Part shown: one piece after another, positions 12,691 through 26,362 of the stretch
Layout: each line of letters begins with the position of its first letter
How positions within the stretch are numbered: position 1 is the first letter of the stretch
Origin: Callorhinchus milii
Taxonomy: Eukaryota
Length of the DNA: 64,000 nucleotides
Reading direction: 5' to 3'
Assembly (NCBI RefSeq): GCF_018977255.1
Contig: NW_024704742.1
Location: forward strand, 125,180,001 to 125,244,000
Program-made: the position numbers and the translations under genes
Notes under the pieces: generated by a model
Told to the model about the DNA's origin: nothing
Seen by the model: the letters and a program-made list of their open reading frames with translations, nothing else
The model's database searches: none

Positions 12691-13044
12691 AGGATTTTTA
12701 GTTGTGTTCTGCAAATGTGAATTATGCACCACTCCCTTTCAGAAGCTGCATCTTCCAGTAACACATCTGAGACTTATTTTTTGATCAGTCGTGTCACTAA
12801 CACTGAGATAAATCAGGGGACTTGGAGACACATTATTGGGGTTGGAAATGAGATTTGAATATACATTTGTAGTGGGAAGATAGGACAAGAAATTCAGTTA
12901 TGTTGCAAAATTAGTTTAAAAAATGTAACGGTATTGTGTCATTACATGGTATGAAGCCCAATCTTTGCTCAACAATGCTGCTGAGGCAATATTCTCTCCT
13001 GTTGATAATGAATGAGAATAACTCTGGCACCAACAAAACAATCC

Positions 13045-13215
13045 ACAATTACATACATACAGATGATACCCCTTTCCTCCTCTAGCAGTGACCCCAAGTC
13101 CATCGATGTTTTGTCTGCCTGCTTGTCAGATTTCAAGGACTGGATGACCGCCAACTTTCTGCAACTGAGCATGGAAAGACAGAAACCGTCCTCCTTGGTT
13201 CCTATCAACATCATC
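13045..13215 (+). mobile_element. L2 reverse transcriptase fragment
   Basis: Translates as DVLSACLSDFKDWMTANFLQLSME, the L2 region just after YADD. Confidence 0.7.
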
Positions 13216-13894
13216 TCACCTGTAGGTCTCCCCCTTTCTTCCCAACTTGGCATCAAACATCGCCATTGTTTAGTGCTCCAAGAGTTGTCCTGCATGAAGG
13301 GTGCTAGAAATGCAGGTGCCATTGTTGTATCCACAATGCACTCCAAGTCTCATAGCGTGCCATTTCACAGTCCACATATCTGAAAGCAATATGTTTTCAA
13401 TGTGTGGCTGAGTGCAATCTCAGTGCCTGATAGCTGGCACCACCAATAATACTTATCTACTTCTTAAAATCTGGCAGCATCTTATCCTCTGGGTTTTGTC
13501 ACTGTCTGTAAAACTGACAGAATAAATAATAGTTGAGCTTAATTGTTTGATGGTATTGTTCCAGATACTAAATCTATAGCAAATGTATCAAGATGTTTCC
13601 CATATTCATATGTCCTTATTGCATTTGAATCCCATGCAAGGCCTCTATTTTACCTTTACTGGTAAGATAACACTGTGACTTGTTGATATGAATTAGGCCG
13701 TGTTAATGTACATGTGAAGTCTGCGATTTGGGCTGCCTCATTGGGAGTTGAGATAACTTCAGTGCCTCTGGAATTTTGCTTCTAGAGAGGTGGTTTCACA
13801 TCAAAAAGCCACCTAACTTCAGTGTTCTGAGCATGCACTGAGCTCCACAATCAGATTGTTCCTTCTTTTTTGCCCCAATTCAATGCACTCTAAG

Positions 13895-14215
13895 TAATAA
13901 TAATAATAATAATCCTTGCATTTGATATAGCGCTTTTCACGTCGGGAGGACGTCCCAAAGCGCTTCACAGAACACACTGTAAAGTGAATTGACTTTATAT
14001 TTGTGGGCGAACGCGGCAGCCAATTGCACACAGCAATGTCCCACAAACAGTCGTAGATTGAAAATGACCAATTTTATTATTGTTTTTGGTTTTGGAGAGA
14101 TTATTATTAGGCGTGTGGAGTAAGGAAACTTGCCCAAGGTTTCGCCCTGCCTGGAATTGAACTCAGGTCTCTCGCTTGCAAAGCGAGTGCTCTAACCACT
14201 GAGCTACAGGACTCC
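13895..14215 (-). mobile_element. Full-length tRNA-Ala-derived SINE (short form), young
   Basis: Head ggagtcctgtagctcagtggttagagcactcgctttgcaagcgag; (TAT)n tail; flanks aagtaataata and aagtagtaata resemble a TSD. Confidence 0.9.
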
Positions 14216-14239
14216 AAGTAGTAATATTCTTCCATTTGA

Positions 14240-14680
14240 CTTAGTGTCTTTTAAGATGAGAGGATGTCTCAAAGTATTTCACAAAATTTACTCTAAAGTG
14301 TTATGACTGTGTATTTGTGGGCAAGAGTGGGGGCCAGTACAGCAATGTCCCACAAACTGCCATGAAATGAATGACCAATTTTATCTGAAGGATTGTTGGC
14401 TAGGACCCAGGAAGAAACTCCCTTCTCTTTTCAAATAATGCCATGGGATCTTTGAGATGTTGAGATGTCCTCTTGATGTGAAAGGCACATTATAAATGTA
14501 AATTGAACTGTAAATTTAATGTCCATCTGAAAAGGCAGATGCATGCTCGGTTTAACGTCTCATCAAAAAGACATCGCCTCTAACAATGCAGAATTTGCCC
14601 TGTGCTCATTTACAGTATCAGCCTAGACTACATGAATTCAAAGTCCCGATGTAAGTGGAACCTTGCACCTTCTAACTTTG
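14240..14680 (-). mobile_element. Deu-domain SINE containing a short plus-strand L2 tail (14454-14514)
   Basis: gccatgggatcttt [L2 tail gagatgtcctcttgatgtgaaaggcacattataaatgtaaa] tttaatgtccatctg. Confidence 0.75.
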
Positions 14681-14797
14681 CCACGCTTTCTGTCTTTCTC
14701 GATTTGATCGATACAGAGCAATCATTTTATTTTTAAATAAATTAAATTGTACATGAGCAACAGTTTTTAGGGGGAGGGAAATTGGCTTATGCTTGCT

Positions 14798-14955
14798 ATT
14801 ACAATAAAATTTACATTTATATAGCGCTGTTCACGTTGGGAAGGCGTCTCAAAGCGCTTCACACTGTTGGCCGTTCACCCGAGCTGGGGATGGGAACTGA
14901 AAGTGGAGGGGTAGGATGATCGAAAGTGCAGTCAAAGAGCTAAGTCTTGAATGTC
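14798..14955 (-). mobile_element. L2 3' tail fragment
   Basis: acatttatatagcgctgttcacgttgggaaggcgtctcaaagcgct is the reverse complement of the L2 terminal stem-loop. Confidence 0.75.
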
Positions 14956-16975
14956 ATGGTGTTTACCATGAGATACGTTTAAGAACATGTAGTAATTTAC
15001 TTTCATGACACCCCATTTACAGGTGATACAGCCAGTGTTGCCACCACATGCTTAGCTGTTTGAACTTGCTGATGGAAATTGGATTAGATTGGAACATCTA
15101 GTCCATGGGTCTCACATTAAAGTCAAGTTATCCCTGAGCACATAAGCATATTAATAAGTGCTGTGTGATAACAGATAGAAGCAGATCAGCAAACATACAA
15201 GGTCAACAGACAGACAGACTGATGAGTATTTGGGTAGCACAAAACAGAAATTGAATTGTAGCATTATAACCTGATTGAATATAGTATTGGACTTTTTTGT
15301 ATATCTAGACATATTTTTTCTAGGTTGTATATTGTGGACAGACTGATATATTGATTGACTTGACCTGTGCTCTCTCCATTCAATCATTCAACCTATCCTC
15401 AATTTGCAAAGGCAGTCCACACATACTTCCATTATTGTTTAAATCAATTAGTAGGTTAAAGTCATATATATTTAATCCATTATACCAAATTCAGATGTGA
15501 CTCACTGTAGGAGTATCTTTTACTGCAAGGTGCACATTTCTATATAATCTGAAATTATACTTAATGCAATTGTACATTCACTATACTATACTCTAACGCC
15601 AAAAACATGTTTATTTTAAAATATCAGTGGAAAATAATGCTTAAAGATTTCAAACATAAAATGGAAAACAGTGGACTGCTCAATCTATATTATGTTATAA
15701 AGATCTTCTCATCTGAAAATTAGTTCTGCTGGTGGTTTACCATTTTCTGTGCAAAAAGCCTGTGAGTATTTTTTGAAAAATTGGAATGTAACTATTTATT
15801 AATAGTAATAACAATGTTTGACATAGCATTATCAAAATGTTTCAAAAGGCTTCATAGGATTTTTCCATGAACTGTAGTGACTTTTTATCTGTAACGTTGG
15901 CAGCGAATTTTGCACACAACAATTTATATGTAATTGATTATACATATTCTTTCAATGCTATTATTAAGAACATTGAGGTTAGTTTAATGCTCACTATCAC
16001 GTCATTAGCACTTATTCTGTATGAACCATAGAGGGATATTTGAAATGATAGCTAAATTCCAAATAATTATCATAACAAATGGTTTATTACAATGGTGATT
16101 GCCATCTCCAATCATTTCTTTGAAAAGCATTTAGAATGACAAATTCTATTTTTAAAAAAAGATCAGTAACAACGATTTCACAGGATTTATTAAAGCAAAC
16201 AATGTATTTTACCCCTACCAGTTGTGTTTGACCAATGTTATTGTGGGTCTCAGATTACAATAAGACTTTCCCAGAGATATCCACTTCATATTTTTCTTGC
16301 AAATTCATTGCGTGAGTTTGATTTTTTTCAGAATAAGTCATAGACAACCTGAAATTGTTTCCTCCATTAACCTATGTACTTTCCAAAGAATGTGAAGATA
16401 ATGTGTGATGTGAATACATGGTTAACTTTAACATTCAAAAAGTATACATACTTGCATTCTAATAGTTGACCAGATACATGCAGTACTAGAATAATTTGAA
16501 ATGTATACAAATCAGCCAGTTGAACTTCCTCTTAATGTAGAAGAGCTGTGACATTTCTCCTCAGGAGGGACTGACAGTTGCGGAATTGGTAACTCTCCTT
16601 TTCTCATACCTCTGGCTTGTTTAACAATGACAATTTTGCCCTTCTGCAGCCTTTTCACATGAGTCAGATTTTTATTTGATGTTGTTTTTGACACTAGCAC
16701 GAATTGTGCATTCAGTCTCACCTTGGGGAGTAAGATGTTGTCAAGGTATAGCAGCCTGCTTGCAAGATCTAAGACTACCTTGCTTCATTTCAGGTCCTCT
16801 AAATTCCCCCACAGCTCTACCTCTTGCACTGTAAGGTGTTGGTATTGGTTGCAGGGGGGAGTGGGGAGGTGCCTTACACACTATTCTGCACTCCCTCCTT
16901 TGAAGATATTGTTCCTGGATTTATTTTTGTTGAGCTCAATTGGAGTTGCGCTGGTGGTCAAAGGTATAACAGTCT

Positions 16976-18700
16976 ACAACAACAACAACAAAATTACGTG
17001 TGTACAGCGCCTTTCATGTCGGGAGAATGTCCCAATGTTTTGGATCCAAACTGGGGGTCGAGATCGGGGAGGGTGAATGCACAGTCAAAAAGGAGGGTCT
17101 TTAGACAGGTCTTGAAGGAGGCAAGGGAGGGGGCAAGGTGGTGGGACTGTGAGATGGAGTTCCAGAGGGTGGTGGCAGAGTGGCAGAAGGCCCGCTGGCC
17201 AATGATGGGACGGACAAGGCGGGGGAGGTGAAGCAGGCTGAGCAGACGGAGCAGGCAGGTAGGTAGATAGTGAAGAGGTTGCAGAGATAGGGAGGAGCAA
17301 TGCCATGGAGGGCTTTGAAGATGATGCCCAGGATCTTGAATTGTATCCTCTCTGTGATGGGAAGCCAGTGGAGTCGGTGAAGATGGGGTGATTGGGTCGT
17401 GGAGCCTGATATGGTAGAGGACACGGGCTGCAGAGTTCTGGATGATCTGCAGCTTACGGAGGGAGGAGTTGGGGAGGCCGACACGCAGAGAGTTTGCATA
17501 GTCAAACCTGGATGTTATGAATGCATGTATGAGGGTCTCAGCGGCCTATGGTATGAGACAGTGTCGGAGCCGGGCAAAGTTCCAGAGGTGAGGGAAGGCA
17601 GAGAGGGTCATGCCATGGATGTGAGGTAGAAAGGATAGTTGAGGGTCAAACAAGAAGCCAAGGTTCAAGACTGGCTTAGTAAGGCGAACTGTGCATGATT
17701 GGATAGTGATGCGGTCAGTCCCTGAGGTGTGGAGACCCTGATAGGAGCTAATCAGGATGGCATCAGTCTTGTTGACGTTCAACTGTGGAAAATTAGCTCT
17801 CATCCCGGACTTGATGTATATCAGACATTCTGGAGGCAGAGAGATAAAGCTAAGTGTCATCCAACATACATGTGGAAATTGACTCCATGTCTGCTGATGT
17901 CACCAAGAGGGAGCATATAGATATTGAAGAGGAGGGGACAAAGGACAGAGCCTGAGGAACTGCACAAGAGATGGTGCGGGGGGTAGAGGAGAAGTTGTTT
18001 GTGGAGATGAAGTGGAGACAGTGTGAGAGGTAGGATCTGAACTATTCAAGGGCAGAACCACAAAGGTTGAGGTGAGAGGAGAGGCAGTGGTGGAGGATAG
18101 AGTGGTCAACAGTATCGAAGGCAGCCAGGAGGTCAAGGAGGATGAGGAGGCAGAAATATCCCTGGTCACAGATGGACAAAATGTCGTTTGTCATTTTGAC
18201 CAAAGCTGTTTCTGTGCTGTGGTGGCACGAAGCCCTTTTGGAGACGTTCATGAAGGGGATGGCAGAAGAGGAAGGAGTGAAGCTGGGAAGCAATGACTTG
18301 TTCCAGGATCTTGGAAAAGAAGGGGAGTTTTAAGATGGGGCGGTAGTTTGAGAGCAGGGATGGGTCCAGGGAGATTTTTTAAGGATAGGAGTGATGACAG
18401 CCATTTTTAAAGGGATGGTAACAGTGCTAGTGGACAGGGAGAGGTTTATGATGTCTGTAGGGGTCAAGGAGGTGGAGCTGGGAGGTAAGGAGAAGGGAAG
18501 GGATGGGTTTGAAGGAAGTCTGTTTCATGCGGGTTATTTTGGTGGTGAGAGAGGAGGGGGAGACAGGTTCAAAGCTGTGGAGGGAGGGATGGGTAGGGAC
18601 TGGGGTGTGAACGGGAGATGGGGAGGAGGTAGTGGTCGGAAGGGTAGAGGCCTTAACATTGTTTTTTGGTGGGGTATGGGGGAGAGGTGGTATGAAGTTC
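16976..18700 (-). mobile_element. 5'-truncated, degraded L2 LINE (RT to 3' tail)
   Basis: (CAA)n tail; minus-strand [28 protein letters not shown] and LHWLPITERIQFKIL. Confidence 0.93.
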
Positions 18701-19164
18701 ATGCCAGACAGAATGAAACCACCTTCAAGATGAGACTTCTTGAAAAGTTATGGACACTGTTGGCAGCAGCACTGATTCTATTCGACTTGGGTTAACAGAA
18801 CACTTGTGTAAATTTATTGAAACGCATTGCATAATAGGAGAAAAATAATGTGCAAATCACAATGAACTATTTTTATAGTACTTCAACAAAGTGCCAAAGC
18901 AATCATTTCCGAAAAAAGACAATATTAATTTTGGAACACTGATGATTCTATAATTCTGTAGATTTGCATTCTACATTGAATTTAGCAATCATTATTTAAG
19001 TACCTGCCCAGTAACCTACAATTTGCTTGAATATTTTCCTTGCTTGCCTGGCAATACATGACAGCAATGTGGTAGGTCTGGAAATCTTACAATAAAGGCT
19101 ACTGGTTTAGTGTGCTGAAATGATTCATTGACATAGCAACAATCTGCACATTGTTTTAACATTT

Positions 19165-19620
19165 CCAGCCTGAGCTCTCTCAGTTGATAAATCTATTGTC
19201 TGGTGTGAAATTGAACTCTAGTCCGTGCTGAATTGGTGGATCTCAGTCAGGGTGATAGTTAGCAGTGCTTCAGTTGGCCTCAACATTCTTGAGTTAGAGG
19301 AAGGAAAAATACAGTCTACTTTTGCTACTCAGTGATTCCCACTGGAAAGTGCATGCATGCGGACATTGGATGAGAGTAGGATTGGGTTTCACTTTGATAT
19401 CCAATGAGCTGATAGCCTGTCAACATTGACTGTTAGTAGCTCAGAGAAGCTGCAAGAATGTCACATTGATCGGTTGGGGTGGTTAGAGGCTGGGAGGTGG
19501 GGAGAAGAGGGGAAAAGAGGAACAATGTTGGAGCCAAGGTATATCTTGGAGTTAGATTTTAAGAGTTTGTCTGCATATGCACATTCTATACCTGATGTTG
19601 GAGCTATTGATGAGCACTAA
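19165..19620 (+). mobile_element. Old unnamed SINE-like interspersed repeat (related pieces at 1600-1724 +, 34040-34215 -, possibly 52215-52300 - and 61420-61510 -)
   Basis: Mutual similarity among copies, e.g. ggaaaaatacagtc...ttgctactcagtgattcccactgg versus the reverse complement of 34110-34160. Confidence 0.5.
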
Positions 19621-20369
19621 AAGAATTAATATATATATTTGAAAAAAACACAATAATTACAAAACTCCTGAGTCAATTGAGTTCAAAATCAGTATTTCTT
19701 GACTTTACCAACCAACGTAATGGGGACTCTTTGAGTTTTTTAAAAACCTGTTTGTTATTTTTTGTATTGTTCCTTTTAATAATATTAATGTGGAATTAAC
19801 CTGAAATACATGACTTATCCTTTGAAAAGGACATCAGCAAACAAACAATGAAATAAGCTAAGTACTAAGTAAGCATTATGAGATGTACATTTCCCCACCG
19901 TTTTTCCACTGTGTCAGATAATACTTATGTTCTGTGCTGGGAGAGGAACATTAAGCTGATTATGCAGATTTTGAGATGTATGTTTATAAATGTTTTACTA
20001 TGGGTCGCTTTCATCATTTACATTCTGGTGCTTCATCCACGTTTCCATGGCAACGTCCTTTTTGCCTGTTCATCAGAGAGGAGTTCTGTTTAATTGATCT
20101 TCTAATGCACTGCTTAATGGTAACTATTAACCTTTCTTTTGTTTCCAGGTCATACTCCGAGTTCATATGCGTAAATAAAAGCAACATGGTTTGCAGAACC
20201 AGTCATTAGTAACATTTTCTTCTCATATTGTGAACTAATAGATATCAAACCACAGCTCCTGAGACGGCATGTTAAGGAGATGATGAAACAAATTTTCCAG
20301 TGAGGTGGAAATGGCATTAAAACTCATAGAAGTGACTGAGAAATGTGAGTTAATTTTTTTCCTTGCCTT

Positions 20370-21647
20370 CAACAACAACAAAAATACATTTATAGACCGC
20401 CTTTCACGTCGGGAGGACGTCCCAAAGCGCTGAACAGTCAGGTGTCAGGTCCGGAGCATGGGGAAGGGGTGGTGTAGGGGTGAGGGAAGGCAGAGAGGTA
20501 GAAGGGCGACTAAAGGCACGATCGAAGAGCAGGGTTTTGAGACTGGCCTTGAAGTAGGCAAGGGAGGAAATGAGGTTAAGGGACTGTGGGATGGAGTTCC
20601 AGAGTGTGGGGGCAGAAGGCTGATAGCCCAGCCACCGATGGTCGGGCGGGAGACATTGAGCAGGCCAGAGTCCGCTGAATGTAGGGAGTGGGCAGGTTGG
20701 TAGGGAGTCAACAGCTCGGAGAGATGGCCTTGAAAGTGAGGATGAGAATCTTGAACTTGATCCTATGAGGGATGAGGAGTCAGTGGAGTCGGGCGAGGGT
20801 GGGAGTGATGGGGTCACGGAGCCTGGTTCGCGAGAGAACACAAGCTGCGGAGTTTTGGATGATCTGCAGCTTGTGAAAGGAAGAGTTGGGAAGGCCGATG
20901 AGGAGTGAGTTTCCGTAATCAAGCCTTGAGGTGACGAATGCGTGGGTGAGGGCTTCAGCAGCCTGAGGGATGAGGCAGTGGCAGAGTCTGGCGATGTTGC
21001 GGAGGTAGTGATAGGCAGTGCTGGTCATGGCATGGATGTGGGGGAGAAAGGACAGTTCAGGGTTAAACAAGTCACCCAGCTTCCTGACTGGCTTCGTGAT
21101 GTTGAGTGTGCAGCCGTGGATTCTGATACTGCCAACGCCCGAGATGTGGCGGTGCTGGCGCGAGCCAATCAGGAGGGCCTCGGTCTTGCTGACGTTGAGT
21201 TGCAGAAAGTTGTCCCTCATCTAGGACTTGATGTCGGACAGGCAGTCGGTCAGGACCCCAGTAGTCCTGTTGTTGAGGGTGGAGGCGGAGAGATAGAATT
21301 GGGTGTCATCCGCATACATATAGAAATTTACCCCATATCTATGGATGATGTGATGTCACCAAGGGGGAGCATGTAGAGGGTGAAGAGGAGGGGATCGAGG
21401 ACACAGCTCTGCATGCACAAGACGGTGCGGGGGCTGGAGGAGAAGCCGTTTGCTGCGACAAAGTGGAGGTGGTGTGAAAAGTAGGACGTGAACCAGTCAA
21501 GGACAGAACCTTGAAGGCTGAGATGGGAGGAGAGGCGGTGGAGGAGGATTGAATGTTCCACGGTGTCAAAGGCAGTGGAGAGGTCAAGGAGGATGAGGAG
21601 GCAGAGGGAGCCCTGGTCGCACATGGTCAGGAGGTCATTTGTGACCC
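20370..21647 (-). mobile_element. 5'-truncated L2 LINE
   Basis: ORFs 20780-21220 and 21328-21666 carry L2 RT motifs (LLDLSTAFDTVEH, HAFVTSRLDYGNSLL); (CAA)n tail. Confidence 0.93.
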
Positions 21648-21660
21648 CATGCTGTGGGCC

Positions 21661-22045
21661 CTTCATAGCCCTCCATGGCCTTGCTCCTCCCTACCTCTGT
21701 AGCCTGCTAACTTCACATAGACCTCTCTGCTCCCTCCACTCAGCAGGCTCCAGCTTGCTCCATGTTCCCTACCCCATCATCGGTGCTCGGGCCTTCAGCC
21801 TCTCTGCCCCCACCCTTTGGAACTCCATCCCACAGTCCCTTTGACTCGCTCCCTCTCTTGCCTTCTTCAAGGCCTGTCTCAAGACCTTTCTATTGAGCAT
21901 GCCTTTGGTTACCTTCTATCCCTATCCTCCCTGCCCTCCACCCTTCCTGATCCCAACCTCCAGCTTGGGTCCAAATCTGTGACTGTCCAGCTCTTTGGGA
22001 CATCTCCCCGATGTGAAAGGCGCTATGTTGTTGTTAATGTTGTAT
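21661..22045 (+). mobile_element. L2 3' fragment abutting the previous L2 head-to-head; a related 3'UTR piece lies at 22215-22315
   Basis: ALHGLAPPYL...SAPTLWNSIPQSL followed by the terminal stem-loop and gttgttgtt. Confidence 0.88.
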
Positions 22046-22492
22046 TCAGAGAACGGAATTTCAATTGCTAGTTTCTGGAAGAATCGGAATTGCATTGTGA
22101 CTTTTGCCTACAAAAACAGTCACTGGACTTGACAGTAAATGTGAAGCACTTTGCAACATTCAAGTGCTCTATAAAGATATAAATAGGATTTCTAGGATGT
22201 GACAAATGTTAGTGGCACAAGACCCTCCTATTCAACATGCCTTTGGTCACCCTTCTATCCCTATCCTCCCTGCCCTCTACCCCTCCTGATCCCAACCTCC
22301 AGCTTGGGTCTAAACCCCGACCTCTGTTTCTACACATTTGTTTATGACATGAATGGACTCTGCTGGGGCAGTGTTTTATTGGTGAATGTGCAGTGTAGAG
22401 GGAAGACAGTGAGTGCAAATTATGTAGAGTAACATAGAGCATTATACTACGGAAACAGGCTATTTAGCCCAACTAGTCCAGGCCTGTATATT

Positions 22493-23126
22493 TACAACAA
22501 TAACAAAATTACATTTGTATAGTGCCTTTCATGTCGGGAAGATGTCCCAAAGCGCTGGACAGAGAGAGTTACAGACCTGAGCTGAGGGTCAGGGTGGGGA
22601 AGGTGGGAGGGCAGGGGGGGAAGCAGGGAGATCGAAAGCACGATCAAAGAGGAGGGTCTTAAGGTGGGTCTTGAAGGTGGCGAGGGAGGGGACGAGACGG
22701 AGGGACTGTGGAATGGAGTTCCAGAGGGTGGGTGCAGAGTGGCGGAAGGCCCACACGCCGATAGTGGGGTGAGCAAGACGAGGGACCTGAAGCAGGCCAG
22801 AGCCCACTGAGCGGAGGGAGCGAACAGGGTGGTAGGTGCTTAGGAGGTCAGAGAGGTAGGGAAGAGCAAGACCATGGAGGGCTTTGAAGGTGAGGACCAG
22901 GATCTTGAACTGTATCCTCTGTGTGATGGGAAGCCAGTGGAGTTGGGCAAGGATGGGGATGATAGGGTTACAGAGCCTAGTGAAGGAGAGGACATGGGCT
23001 GCAGAGTTCTGGATTATCTGCAGCCTGTGGAGGGAGGAGTTGGGGAGGCCAACAAGCAGTGAGTCGAGCCTCGATGTAATGATGGCATGTATGAGGGTTT
23101 CGGCGGCCTGCAGTGTGAGACAGTGT
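22493..23126 (-). mobile_element. 5'-truncated L2 LINE
   Basis: ORF 22589-23155 is an L2 ORF2 C-terminus (QNSAAHVL, LHWLPITQRIQFKIL, FKTHLKTLLF). Confidence 0.93.
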
Positions 23127-23296
23127 CCACAAGAACCTGCACGCTTCCTAATCACCTCTCACATGCCCCTCTATTCTCTTCTCCCGCATATGCATCAAGT
23201 TTCCCCTTGTATACGTCAGTGTTTTTCACTTCAATCACAGCTTTTAGTAGTGGGTCCACATTCACACCACCCTCTGCATAAAAACATTCCTCCTAT

Positions 23297-23658
23297 AATA
23301 ACAATAATAATCCTTGAATTTGAAACAGAGCTTATCATGTCTTTGAGACATTTCAAAGCACTTCACAGAATATACTGTAAAATGAATTGACTATATTTTG
23401 TGGGTGAAATGCGGTAGCTGTTTGGGCATTGCAGTGTCCCACAAACAGTCGTGGACTGAGCAACCAAATTATTATTACTTTTTTTTACGGGATTATTACC
23501 CCTGGAAAAGCGATCCGCCAACGAGGAACAACCGGGTTCCTACTTACTGTTAGGTAAACAGAAGAAACTTGCCCAATGTTTCTCCCTGCCCGGGAACTGA
23601 ACGCAGATCCTCTCGTTTACGGGGCGAGAGCTCTAACCACTACACTACAGGACTCCAC
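23297..23658 (-). mobile_element. tRNA-derived CORE-like SINE (long form)
   Basis: Head reverse complement (ctaaccactacactacaggactccac), internal long-form block and (TAA)n tail. Confidence 0.88.
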
Positions 23659-25182
23659 AACTTCTACATTCTCTTTTAGATCTGCACTTGCTATCTTATA
23701 TATTTATATCCTCTTGATTTGGACTCACTAACAAGTGAAAAAATGTAATGTTCACCTTATTGAATCCTTTCATAATCTTAATCACAACTGTGCCGGTACT
23801 CTATTACCAACACCACCTGAAGGAAGCTATTTCATATAAACATGGTACAAATGAAATGGGTGTCAATCGCACTGGCTTCTTCTACTGTCGTCAGTTGAAA
23901 GATCTTTGTATGACAGGGAATTTTTAAATCATGTGAAGCACTTTGAGTCATCTTCCTGAAGTGAGAGGCAGATTCAAGGTTTAGAAAGATTATATTCTGT
24001 TCTTCTTCCAAGGACTAATTTCAGCTATTTCTTAAATCTGACCTTTGTTGGCACTGATTTGAAATAATGTGCAAGTAAGATTTTGCTTCTGTCAGTGTAA
24101 ATGCAGGATTAGTGTTGAAGATGATATCGCTGTATTGTATGATTAAAAGAGATCAGAAGGCAACTGTTCTATCCTGCACTGCTTTCCTTTCGAAGATAGT
24201 CTGTGTCAGGCCCTAAAGAGCCTGTCAGATGTTCAATGCTACCTTACCTGTGTTACCACAGGAGCTGTCAGGCAAAACGAATGACATGTACTAATGTTGC
24301 CAGAATTGATATTGAATGGTATCCATTGACCATGACCAACTTTATTAGGTTCCCTTACAAGCACTGTGCGTCACCATCCTTAGCTGAAGAAAATGTAATT
24401 AACACACTTAATCTTGCTTTTCTCACCCTTTTCTTTTCCTTACAGCATCCTTGACCTAACTGCTTCATTCGAGAAATGTTAATAGCATTATCATTATGTT
24501 GTGATTAAAATTGTAGACAGCACAACAATGAGGCCTGACAGGCTTCTCTTTTATCCTCTAGATGTCATTCTGTAAGGGATTGTATGTCCTTTGAAGTATG
24601 GAAAATGAAGTGGTTTTGATGGCGCCTATATTGTCATTTGGCATCTTTGCTTTCTGCCATTCCATCTCCTGCATTGCTGAAGTATTATTATTAAGGATGT
24701 TTTTTAACTTGCATTGTGTAATTTCACTGGAGGTAGTAATTCTTTACTGAAGTGAAAGGAAAAAAATTGTCAAAGGCCAGCCATTTGTTTTGAATACAAG
24801 AGTCATATGATCTTAAAACAAACTTTCAGACACTAAATTTGTATACTATGAATTAATAGATATTATATGTTAGTACTTAACGTTGCACTCTGTGTTGTTG
24901 CTTGCTAGACCTTCGTAGCTTGTATTCAGTGAGTGTCTTAAGCTGCTTTTAACAACTTCCAGTGAAAGCATACTGTAAGCTTCAGAGTAATACACAGAAA
25001 CCTTTTTAGCCCAGGCTTGTTAATAATGTTTATCGAAATTGATAGTTTTAGCTAATGTGTAACAGCATATTCTTTAGTCTCAACAGCTGTGAACATTCCT
25101 GTCCATTTGCAGTTTCTGAGAATATCCTTTTTAAAATGCTGGCTTTAATATGGCAGAAACAGAAGCAAAAAATTATATATAT

Positions 25183-25830
25183 TGGGGAGGACAAGTGTGC
25201 AGGGCTATGGGGAGAGAGCATGGGAGTGGGATTGATTTGGGTAGCTCTTTTCAAAGAGCCAGCACAGACATGATGGCCTGAATGGTCTCCTTCTGTGCTG
25301 TATAATTCTATGATTCTATTTCTATTTAATATACATCTATTAGATAGAATTACATAGAAATACATCACAAAATCAGTTCAGTTAGCCCGATTAATCCATG
25401 CTGATGTTTATATGACACATGAACCTTACCCCCTCCTAATCATCTCTCATATATGCCTCTGTTCTTTTCTATATAATTTTAAAGCACAGAAGAAGGCCAT
25501 TTGGCTCATTGAGTCTGCATTGGCTCTCTTAAAGAGCAATTGTTTCACTCCCATTTACCTGCTCTTTCCCCATACCATAGCTTGCTCTTCTCAAATATTT
25601 ATCAAGTTCCCTTTTAAAAGCTAATATGGATTTCTGCCTCGATGACCACTCACGACAGGACATTCCATATCCTTACTCTGGTGAAAACAAATCTCCTAAC
25701 CATCCAATTTTTTGCTAAGTATCTTAAATCGATGCCCTCTAGTCACTGACTCACCTGACCAGTGGAAATAATTTCTCCCTATTTTCTCTCTCAAAGCCCA
25801 TCATAATTTTGAAGACCTTTATCAAGTCAC
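25183..25830. mobile_element. Cluster of CR1 3' fragments (25183-25320 +; ~25340-25830 -)
   Basis: gggctatggggagagagcatggg...gatggcctgaatggtctccttctgtgctgtataattctatgattctat, with reverse-oriented relatives. Confidence 0.75.
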
Positions 25831-26130
25831 CCTTCGTTTAATAATCAAGTGCTCTCTTAAACACTTTTGATTTTGATTCCTCTTAATACTTTCTGCTTCA
25901 ACCACAACTTCTGGCAGTGAGTTTCATATTTTATTATAAAACATAGTAAAAAAATCAAATATGTACTGTTTATCTAATCGAAGGATGTGCTATATATTTA
26001 ATTCAAGGAAATATGCTTAAAACGACAATAGAAACGTTTAATCAGTCTTTGATTTGCAACACTGCAAACACTGAAAAGGAATAAGTATTGGTGAAAATCT
26101 TATTGTTTCCCATTGTTTCACCGTAAGATT

Positions 26131-26362
26131 CAGAGAAATTATACTTGATTCTAAATTTAGAATTTGTTTTCTTAGCATTTTAAACCGTACATGTCTTAAA
26201 TTAATTCTTTATTTTGAAGCTGGTTTTCCGTAAATTCTTTCAAAAGAAAAACAACTTCAGAATTTAAGACTGCATTTAGGAATTTTCCAAAATGTCCATG
26301 CTTTAAAATGCTAAGAAGATATCTCAAGTTTAGACCCAACCAGGTGGAATTTCAATCCTCTG
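26131..26362. mobile_element. Degenerate MITE-like palindromic element (family also at 34506-34675 and 55174-55345)
   Basis: Left end gagaaattatacttgattctaaattt...ttcttagcattttaaa is the inverse of right end tttaaaatgctaagaa...tttagacc...caggtggaatttc. Confidence 0.55.

Larger units (their letters stand above)
22428..23790 (-). mobile_element. Old CR1 3' fragment interrupted by an L2 (22493-23126) and a SINE (23297-23658)
   Basis: CR1 pieces at 22428-22491, 23127-23295 and 23660-23790 are colinear with the reverse complement of 41275-41625. Confidence 0.65.

Noticed and set aside
18729..18795. Signal-peptide-like MRLLEKLWTLLAAALILFDLG
   Set aside because: It ends in a stop, the only possible donor (G|gttaac) is poor, and no downstream exons are identifiable
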